This document shows positions 7,182-12,794 of a stretch of DNA of 18,140 bases, piece by piece. The notes under the pieces are model-generated. The model was not told where the DNA came from. It was given only the letters and a program-made list of their open reading frames with translations, and ran no database searches. Numbering within the stretch: position 1 is the stretch's first letter; each line of letters opens with the position of its first letter. The position numbers and the translations under genes are program-made. Source of the DNA: an uncultured Candidatus Saccharibacteria bacterium (GTDB taxonomy: Bacteria; Patescibacteriota; Minisyncoccia; Phycocordibacterales; UBA918); assembly GCA_964350745.1 (NCBI GenBank), contig CAYGKU010000016.1:1-18140 (forward strand), read 5' to 3'.

Positions 7182-7242
7182 GTTTCTAGACTGACTGAGA
7201 TTGGTGGGGTATTAACCCCTCTCAGTAGGTCTCACTATTAGG

Positions 7243-7350
7243 TGCCCCCAGCAGGAATCCTCTACGAGCCGGGGATGTTGTTGTCTTATTAGACATCCAA
7301 CATCCCTTCGATTCCTGGCGTGAGCAAAACTATTTGCTCACTCTGGGGGC
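7243..7350 (-). repeat. Copy C: a compact variant of the repeat family built as a long foldback of tRNA 3'-end-like arms
   Basis: tgcccccagcaggaatc (7243-7259) is identical to the + strand image of the tRNA-Arg(TCT) 3' end (7558-7574). A 9/10-bp hairpin ggggatgttg...caacatccct lies at 7271-7307. ttcgattcctggcgtgagca (7307-7326) is 19/20 identical to the tRNA-Arg(GCG) 3' end (321-340). The hairpin tgagcaaa-acta-tttgctca (7321-7340) is the reverse-loop version of the A/B hairpin. The copy ends ctctgggggc (7341-7350). Confidence 0.65.
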
Positions 7351-7399
7351 ATATAGTTTAGTTTGCAGGAATCGGTCAGGAGTCAGTTATTTTTATGTT

Positions 7400-7509
7400 C
7401 ATTTCATTCACTAAAAATATACTGCTCACGACCCTGACTCGACTCTCTCTTTCTCCGCTTTGCTACGAAATTCACATGAGTCTCCGTCTTTCGATTCCTG
7501 CTGGGGGCT
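7400..7509 (-). repeat. Copy G of the structured repeat family, directly behind tRNA-Arg(TCT)
   Basis: The minus strand reads agcccccagcaggaatcga (an inverted copy of the tRNA 3' end, 7491-7508, 18/18), then agacggagac (7480-7489), tcgagtcagggtc (7430-7442) and ttagtgaat (7406-7414). These are collinear with copies D and A. Confidence 0.65.
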
Positions 7510-7520
7510 ACAAACAGCAA

Positions 7521-7548
7521 CGACCAAAATGTATACACATTTTGGTCG
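7521..7548 (-). terminator. Hairpin terminator between tRNA-Arg(TCT) and its inverted 3'-end copy
   Basis: cgaccaaaatgt/acattttggtcg is a 12-bp perfect stem with loop atac. It forms the core of a longer palindrome spanning 7491-7576. Confidence 0.6.
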
Positions 7549-7557
7549 GCTGATTTG

Positions 7558-7629
7558 TGCCCCCAGCAGGAATCGAACCCACATCAAGAGCTTAGAAGTC
7601 TCCTGTTCTATCCATTGAACTATGGGGGC
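7558..7629 (-). tRNA. tRNA-Arg (anticodon TCT)
   Basis: The reverse complement folds as a 72-nt cloverleaf. Acceptor GCCCCCA/TGGGGGC, D arm GTTC/GAAC, anticodon loop CTTCTAA, T arm GTGGG-TTCGATT-CCTGC, discriminator A. No CCA is encoded. Confidence 0.9.
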
Positions 7630-7748
7630 AATGGATCGTGTCTCACAGGATAACAAAAAAATGCCTAATAGGGAATAGTTGGCGGAATCATATAAAAAAG
7701 CAGAGGTGTGAAAAAATATTTTCACACCTCTTAAATGGTAAGTACTTT

Positions 7749-8183
7749 TCATCTTGGTTTAGGTTGTCTAAATTTGAATTTCTTAAAAGATCCATATAAA
7801 TCTATAAGCATCCTTTTAAATTTTTTGGACCACTTATTTTTCGCTCTCAAACATTCCACAATCTCATCTTCCAGCATAGGTAGTGAATAATTTTTTATAA
7901 TATCACCATCATTATCTTGGTGTGTGCGAATTTCTGTACCAACAGAGTAGCATCCGCCGATAATCCTTAGGTAGCGAAAAGTGTAATCTGTTGTGTATCC
8001 GTTGACCTCGATTGATATATGTGGATGATCGACATCGTTATCTGAGTGCAGAAGTAAAGGTGTGCCATTAATGGATTTGTCATAATCGCCAAAAACCACT
8101 TTGTGAATCCCAATTCTATTTAAGAACTCAGTAACTGCCAGTTTGCCTGAGTCTAAAATCTCATTGCTGATTTCGGTAGACAT
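7749..8183 (-). CDS. Hypothetical 144-aa protein with no recognisable family
   Basis: Intact ORF with AGGAGA 7 nt upstream of the ATG. Basic C-terminal tail KKFKRMLIDLYGSFKKFKFRQPKPR. No motif was recognised. Confidence 0.5.
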   Translation of the reverse strand: MSTEISNEILDSGKLAVTEFLNRIGIHKVVFGDYDKSINGTPLLLHSDNDVDHPHISIEVNGYTTDYTFRYLRIIGGCYSVGTEIRTHQDNDGDIIKNYSLPMLEDEIVECLRAKNKWSKKFKRMLIDLYGSFKKFKFRQPKPR

Positions 8184-8313
8184 ATTGTTCTCCTATATTT
8201 TTTAGCAAGTTTGAACTTGGCTCTAAATGAACTGATTCAACCCTACTTAATTTGTTCAAGAAAGTTGTTGCTCTTTTAAATATAGAACAAAATGGTTTTT
8301 GTGTAAATAGCAA

Positions 8314-8343
8314 TTAAAAAACAGCGCTTGATAAACAAGCGCC
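8314..8343 (-). terminator. Rho-independent terminator of the 283-aa gene
   Basis: On the minus strand, ggcgcttg-tttat-caagcgct is followed by gtttttt. It begins 2 nt after the stop at 8345, which makes the 283-aa and 144-aa genes separate transcription units. Confidence 0.7.
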
Positions 8344-8344
8344 G

Positions 8345-9196
8345 CTAATATTCATCGTCAAAACAGATGAAGTTGATCATTTCATTTGCCATTTTTACGA
8401 TCTCATCATTGTCTGACTTCTGAAGACCTTTTGTTATTTTTAAGGTTCTAAAAACCCCTCTTTTGTTTGCATTTACTCTTCTTTGGAGATTCCTTTCTTT
8501 TGGGTTTAGTCCAAAAAAATGAGCCTGCACTTCTGTGGGAACTGATGATCCTTCGTCTCCCGGAAAACCAAGCATCAGGTCTCTTCCCAAAGAACAAAAG
8601 CGTTTAAGTTTTTCAAATATCGGTGAACTTTTGAATTTTTCAAAAGAAGCCAGTCTATCCTCAAACTCTGGTCCGAACGGAACCTGGTCGATCCTTTCCG
8701 GATAGGTTGGAGGGGACAGTAGTACCAATCGGTCTATCTTGAACTTTTTGATACGCGTCTTTGCCAGTACACTGACAGCGATATGAGCTCCGTCACAAAG
8801 CCCGATCAAAGTGATGTCATCAAATACTCCAAATTCCTCGAAAAATATTTCCAGCAGATCGACCAGCTTTTCTGTCTGCAGGTCCAGAGTGTTGAGAGCT
8901 TTGTCATTTTCCGAAAACTCCTTGCCTGATGGAGTATATAAAAGACTGAACACTCCCTTTTCGACCAGTTGTTGAGACAGGCAATTGTATAGTGAACCGA
9001 TCAAAGTTCGATTTGAATTTCGATCTGCCCTTTGAGTGGTCCTGTCGATGAACACGACTAGTTTGTTTGCGTCCTTTGTTTTGGCGACAGTGTGTTGCAA
9101 AAAGTTACTTTCTATCCAAAGGTAACCGGCCCTTGAGGTGGTTGTCTTAGACCACCTTGCCTTTGTCTCCTCAAGCGGAGGTTGTTCTACTTGCAT
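8345..9196 (-). CDS. Alpha/beta-hydrolase-fold-like protein with cysteine in the nucleophile elbow (G-L-C-D-G)
   Basis: The strand/helix pattern KLVVFID ... FSLLYTPSG ... ITLIGLCDGAHIAVSVLA ... RLVLLSPP matches beta3 to beta6 of alpha/beta hydrolases. The Cys134 codon is at 8795-8797. Candidate acid and His residues lie downstream (GFPGDEGSS, QAHFFG). GGAGA sits upstream of the ATG. Confidence 0.45.
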   Translation of the reverse strand: MQVEQPPLEETKARWSKTTTSRAGYLWIESNFLQHTVAKTKDANKLVVFIDRTTQRADRNSNRTLIGSLYNCLSQQLVEKGVFSLLYTPSGKEFSENDKALNTLDLQTEKLVDLLEIFFEEFGVFDDITLIGLCDGAHIAVSVLAKTRIKKFKIDRLVLLSPPTYPERIDQVPFGPEFEDRLASFEKFKSSPIFEKLKRFCSLGRDLMLGFPGDEGSSVPTEVQAHFFGLNPKERNLQRRVNANKRGVFRTLKITKGLQKSDNDEIVKMANEMINFICFDDEY

Positions 9197-9228
9197 ATTT
9201 TCTCCTTGTGTATTGTCAATCTGTTTGC

Positions 9229-9257
9229 AATATAGCGTTGAGAGGACGGGGTGTCAA
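9229..9257 (-). promoter_or_regulatory. Sigma70-like promoter for the 283-aa gene
   Basis: The minus strand reads TTGACA (9257-9252), a 17-nt spacer, then TATATT (9234-9229), about 30 nt upstream of the ATG at 9196. Confidence 0.5.
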
Positions 9258-9433
9258 TATTTTGTTCCGCCTTCGACTTAATTTTTAATGACTGGAAGGG
9301 TGCCGTCCTGCGAATGAAAAATATAGTCGTCAACTCCTTATTTTACACTTAAAATGGAATTGCTCTTGTGGTGCAAGTCTCTGGCGACAAAATGCAAAAT
9401 TCCACCAGCAGAAGCTGGCGGAATTTCACATTG

Positions 9434-9591
9434 TGCGTGATGAGAGACTTGTCCCGCTTTTTCTAATTCACTACGTTCATAAGAACGCTGGACACGGCTC
9501 GACCGTTTCTCTCCCTAGGAAAGGGGAGAGAAACATGTCTCCGCCGTTCAAGTCTCTACGGAAAGCATGAAGATGCTTTCCTCATCGCGCA
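9434..9591 (-). repeat. Copy D of the structured repeat family, bounded by direct and inverted copies of the tRNA-Val 3' end
   Basis: The minus strand reads tgcgcgatgag, a hairpin ggaaagcatc-ttc-atgctttcc (9560-9581), agagacttgaac, ggcggagac, an 11-bp hairpin gtttctctccc/gggagagaaac (9505-9534) with a cctag-containing loop, tcgagccgtgtcc (9490-9502), gtagtgaat (9466-9474), and finally caagtctctcatcacgca (9434-9451). Confidence 0.75.
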
Positions 9592-9594
9592 CGA

Positions 9595-9632
9595 ACAAAA
9601 ATCGCCCAAGCAAAGCTTGAGCTGATTTTTGT
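9595..9632 (-). terminator. Hairpin terminator behind tRNA-Val
   Basis: acaaaaatc/gatttttgt forms an outer stem around an inner caagc/gcttg stem. It is embedded in a longer palindrome that includes ctcatcgcgca and its complement (9581-9648). Confidence 0.6.
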
Positions 9633-9637
9633 ACTCG

Positions 9638-9710
9638 TGCGCGATGAGAGACTTGAACTCCCGACCTTCTCGGTGTAAACGAGCTGCTCTACCAACTGAG
9701 CTAATCGCGC
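9638..9710 (-). tRNA. tRNA-Val (anticodon TAC)
   Basis: The reverse complement is GCGCGATTAGCTCAGTTGGTAGAGCAGCTCGTTTACACCGAGAAGGTCGGGAGTTCAAGTCTCTCATCGCGCA. The cloverleaf is canonical with anticodon loop TTTACAC. No CCA is encoded. Confidence 0.92.
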
Positions 9711-9841
9711 ATGTTATCTTCCTTCCTTGGTTTGACTGATTTTGATATCAGTAGGCTATATACTACCTGTTTTTAAAATAATTTCAATATCTTATCATTT
9801 TGTAGGTTTAGATTTACCTGGTCTTTAATAAGTAAATATTA

Positions 9842-9866
9842 AACCCCAGAATATAATTCTGGGGTT
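9842..9866 (-). terminator. Terminator hairpin after the 79-aa gene
   Basis: aaccccagaat-ata-attctggggtt is an 11-bp perfect stem 23 nt downstream of the stop, followed on the minus strand by T-rich sequence. Confidence 0.6.
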
Positions 9867-9888
9867 CTTGACTCAATACCAAACTAAC

Positions 9889-10128
9889 CTAGATTGTTTG
9901 GTATCCGCCACCCATTCCCCAGCCAAGGTTATTGCCTGCATAGGCAATAATACCAGCTTGAGAAACAAAGGGTTTTTCATAACCACCGTTTTTAGCTATA
10001 AGTTCCGCAGCCTCGATGACGTTTTCTCGAGAAAAACTGGCCTCGATGATGCCGATGATTATACTCCCTTCTGGTAATTCTAAAGCGTCGGTAGGAGGGG
10101 TGGTTCTAGAAATGATCAAATGTTTCAT
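9889..10128 (-). CDS. Small (79 aa) hypothetical protein with a Gly-rich C-terminus
   Basis: GGAGA lies 8 nt upstream of the ATG and the gene has its own terminator. The C-terminus is NNLGWGMGGGYQTI. No family was recognised. Confidence 0.5.
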   Translation of the reverse strand: MKHLIISRTTPPTDALELPEGSIIIGIIEASFSRENVIEAAELIAKNGGYEKPFVSQAGIIAYAGNNLGWGMGGGYQTI

Positions 10129-10266
10129 TCTATATCTCCAATTGATTAATCAATAGAAAGCATATGAAATGCCAAGCTCAAAATAGCACGAATGGTATCT
10201 AATGTCAATAGTGTGGGCGTAGCTGGTTTGGGGTTGTTGGCTTTTGGCGGTATACTTTTTACTACT

Positions 10267-10539
10267 ATGGTAGAAATGCGATGTACTGTTACCGGTAAGG
10301 TGCAAGGGGTGCGCTATCGGGATTATGTGGTCAGTATGGCTGAGGAGCTGGGGGTGTTTGGTTATGTTCAAAATCAATCCGATGGTTCGGTTTTGGTGGT
10401 AGCGCAAGGTGAGCCGGATACGCTTAAGGAAATGGTCGAGTGTTTGCATGAAGGGTCGCTTTTGGCACGGGTGGATGGTGTGGCGGTGGACTGGGGTACT
10501 GCCAATGCAACTTATGATGAATTCTCGTTGTTGCAATAG
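10267..10539 (+). CDS. acyP: Acylphosphatase
   Basis: VTGKVQGVRYRDYV...GVFGYVQNQSDGSVLVVAQGE...L matches the acylphosphatase signatures V-x-G-x-V-Q-G-V-x-F-R and G-(W/Y)-V-x-N. The ORF continues upstream to 10192 and adds a hydrophobic 25 aa, so the start is uncertain (10192, 10267 or 10276). Confidence 0.8.
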   Translation: MVEMRCTVTGKVQGVRYRDYVVSMAEELGVFGYVQNQSDGSVLVVAQGEPDTLKEMVECLHEGSLLARVDGVAVDWGTANATYDEFSLLQ

Positions 10540-10542
10540 GTT

Positions 10543-11232
10543 ATGAATAATAGAGAAGAAAAAGTTCTACCCGGTTGTGTGGGATTTATCATGGATGGCA
10601 ATCGTCGTTTTGCTAAAGAGCAAGGGCTGAGTGCGGTTGAAGGACATTTGGCCGGAAAGGAAAAGTTTTTGGAGGTGACGGATTGGTTGGTGGAAATGAA
10701 AATACCACACGGAGTCTTTTATGCATTTTCGACCGAGAACTGGCGACGGGAAAAGGAAGAGGTTCAGTACTTGATGAATTTGTTTCGAGGACTTTTAGGG
10801 CAGATCAAAGATGGGTCAGATCAGCGGGAGGTGAACGTGAGGATCATCGGTCGACGCGATGATCTGCCGGAGGATATTCAAAACAGCATAAAAGAACTTG
10901 AAGCTAAAAAGTCTCAATATGAGACTACTATTTGGGTGGCGTTGTCGTACGGAGGGCGGGCGGAGATATTGGCGGCAGTGAACCGGGCGACTGCTCTTGG
11001 TGAAGAAGTGGATGAAGATAAGTTTTCCAAGCTACTCTCCACCGCCGATATGCCCGACCCTGATCTTATTGTTAGAACCAGTGGAGAGAAGAGACTGTCC
11101 AATTTTCTGCCGTGGCAATCCGTGTACAGCGAACTGTTCTTCATAGATACCTACTGGCCTGCTTTTACAAAACCAGAATTTGAGCGTATTCTAAATGAAT
11201 ATGGAAACAGAGAAAGAAGGATTGGGCGCTGA
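10543..11232 (+). CDS. uppS: Undecaprenyl-diphosphate synthase (cis-isoprenyl transferase)
   Basis: GFIMDGNRRFAKE, FSTENWRR and RTSGEKRLSNFLPWQSVYSELFF are the canonical UppS motifs. Confidence 0.9.
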   Translation: MNNREEKVLPGCVGFIMDGNRRFAKEQGLSAVEGHLAGKEKFLEVTDWLVEMKIPHGVFYAFSTENWRREKEEVQYLMNLFRGLLGQIKDGSDQREVNVRIIGRRDDLPEDIQNSIKELEAKKSQYETTIWVALSYGGRAEILAAVNRATALGEEVDEDKFSKLLSTADMPDPDLIVRTSGEKRLSNFLPWQSVYSELFFIDTYWPAFTKPEFERILNEYGNRERRIGR

Positions 11233-11239
11233 TCTTAAA

Positions 11240-11980
11240 ATGGAACCGACGGTTTTGTATGAAGATGAGGAAGTGCTGGTGGTGAGTAAGCCATACGGCA
11301 TGTTGGTGCATGAGGATTGGCAGTCGGGAGTGGAAGGTACTTTGGTCGAGTGGTTCTTGAAGCGAGTGCCGGAAGCAAAAGGGGTGGGAGAAGTATCCGA
11401 GAAGTCTGATGGAACCCCGCTTGAGCGTTCGGGGGTGGTGCACAGGCTTGACCGAGAGACGTCCGGTGTGATGGTGCTCGCCAAGACCAACGAAGCTCAC
11501 CGTCATTTAAAGACACAATTTCATGATCGCTTGGCCAAGAAAGAATATCGGGCTTTGGTGTACGGGCGGATCCATGACCGGTATGCCACTATCAACCGAC
11601 CGATCGGTCGAAATGCCAAAGACTTCAAGAAACGTTCAGCAGAGCGAGGAGCCAAAGGAACTTTGCGCGAAGCGGTCACTCACTTGGAGCGAATCGGAAT
11701 AGGGGAGTATGAGGGCGAGACTTTTTCTTACCTAAAACTGAGACCGCAAACGGGCCGGACGCATCAGCTGCGAGTGCATATGAGAGCTATTGATCGACCG
11801 ATCGTGGGTGACACTTTGTATGCTGGTAAGGAATTCGAGTCGTCTAATAACCTTGGTTTAAAGCGTCTGGCTTTGCACGCGCATGTTTTGGAGATAGTTT
11901 TGCCAAACGGTGAGTCGACGCGTTTTATCTCTCCGATCCCGCCGGAATTGGAACAAGCGGCCGAACGTATTGCAGAGTAG
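11240..11980 (+). CDS. RluA-family pseudouridine synthase (RluD/RluC-like catalytic domain, no N-terminal S4 domain)
   Basis: HRLDRETSGVMVLAKT (catalytic Asp motif), GRTHQLRVH and LHAH are present. The ATG at 11240 avoids overlap with uppS. The ORF also opens at 11195, which would overlap uppS by 38 nt. Confidence 0.85.
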   Translation: MEPTVLYEDEEVLVVSKPYGMLVHEDWQSGVEGTLVEWFLKRVPEAKGVGEVSEKSDGTPLERSGVVHRLDRETSGVMVLAKTNEAHRHLKTQFHDRLAKKEYRALVYGRIHDRYATINRPIGRNAKDFKKRSAERGAKGTLREAVTHLERIGIGEYEGETFSYLKLRPQTGRTHQLRVHMRAIDRPIVGDTLYAGKEFESSNNLGLKRLALHAHVLEIVLPNGESTRFISPIPPELEQAAERIAE

Positions 11981-12044
11981 GTCTAGTTATGGTAGATTAT
12001 GGCACGATTAAACGTCTCTATCGTTTATAGAAATTTTAATTATT

Positions 12045-12674
12045 ATGAAAACAGCAGTTACAGGGGTGGCAATTTCACCCGTCAATATGAGTGAGCGCAA
12101 AGAGCTAGGTATCAGACCTGGTGATACAGTGCGTGTACACCAAAAGATCCAAGATAAGGGTAAGGTTCGTATTCAGGTTTTTGAAGGCTTGGTATTGGCC
12201 CGAAAGCACGGTGATGAGCCGGGAGCAACCTTTACCGTACGTAAGGTGGCTAGTGGAGTAGGGGTAGAGAAGATCTTCCCGTTATACTCACCACTTATCG
12301 ATAAGATCGAGATCGTGAAGCGAGCTAAGGTACGTCGAGCGAAGCTTTACTACATCCGTGAAAAAGTGGCTCGCGAGATCAAGCGTCAAATGCGTCGCAT
12401 GTCTCTAGTATCTTTTGCTACTGAATCTGAAGCGGAAGCAGCAGCAAAGGCAGCCGCAGAAGCTAAGGCGAAAGAAGAAGCTGAGGCCAAAGCCAAAGAA
12501 GAGGCTGAACTAAAAGAAAAAGAGGTAGCTGAAGCTAAGGCCAAGGAAGAGGCTGCTAAAGCCGAAGCTGAGACCGAAGTCAAAGCGGAAGAAGCTACCG
12601 AAACCGCTCCAGAGGAAGTAAAGGAAACTGAGGGAGAGAAAAAAGAAGAAAAAGCTGAAGAAAAGAAGAGCTAG
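12045..12674 (+). CDS. rplS: 50S ribosomal protein L19 with a ~90-aa Ala/Glu/Lys-rich C-terminal extension
   Basis: The L19 core is [33 protein letters not shown]...[43 protein letters not shown]. The tail is repetitive (EAKAKEEAE-like). Confidence 0.9.
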   Translation: MKTAVTGVAISPVNMSERKELGIRPGDTVRVHQKIQDKGKVRIQVFEGLVLARKHGDEPGATFTVRKVASGVGVEKIFPLYSPLIDKIEIVKRAKVRRAKLYYIREKVAREIKRQMRRMSLVSFATESEAEAAAKAAAEAKAKEEAEAKAKEEAELKEKEVAEAKAKEEAAKAEAETEVKAEEATETAPEEVKETEGEKKEEKAEEKKS

Positions 12675-12677
12675 GTG

Positions 12678-12745
12678 GCAACACTCCAGCGCAAAAAGGC
12701 CAGACGCATGCGTCTGGCCTTTTTAGTGCTGGAGTGTTGCTTTTA
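12678..12745 (+). terminator. Nested double-stem terminator after rplS
   Basis: The outer 13-bp stem is gcaacactccagc/gctggagtgttgc (12678-12690 / 12728-12740). It encloses aggccagacg-catg-cgtctggcct (12697-12720) followed by tttt, and a second tttt follows the outer stem. Confidence 0.75.
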
Positions 12746-12794
12746 AGTAAATAAGCAAATGAAAATTGTTTGTGTATAATAAGGATACTGATTT

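Noticed and set aside
7243-7509. A possible permuted, split or intron-containing tRNA gene, given the tRNA 3'-end-like pieces, cgtgagc/gctcacg, and a D-arm-like CATATAGTTTAGTTTG at 7350-7365
   Set aside because: I could not assemble a cloverleaf. There is no T-stem 5' strand next to the TTCGATT copies, no anticodon arm, and the acceptor-like strands pair as long perfect duplexes rather than 7-bp stems.
7426-7752. A 108-aa minus-strand ORF
   Set aside because: It runs straight through tRNA-Arg(TCT), its terminator and repeat copy G.
9434-9637. A T-box-like or other tRNA-sensing leader
   Set aside because: The complementarity covers 18 or more nt of the T-arm and acceptor rather than a 4-nt NCCA pairing plus a specifier codon. 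The elements lie downstream of tRNAs, not upstream of aminoacyl-tRNA-related genes, and there is no T-box consensus.
9889-10128. BMC-shell-like or YbjQ-like similarity of the 79-aa protein
   Set aside because: The resemblance is vague and short (GxxE...A.E.A....GYEK). There is no microcompartment context, so the evidence does not support either call.
11195-11232. A 38-nt uppS/rluA-like overlap as programmed coupling
   Set aside because: An in-frame ATG at 11240, 8 nt after the uppS stop, gives a normal-length synthase. The overlap is probably just an upstream-extended ORF.
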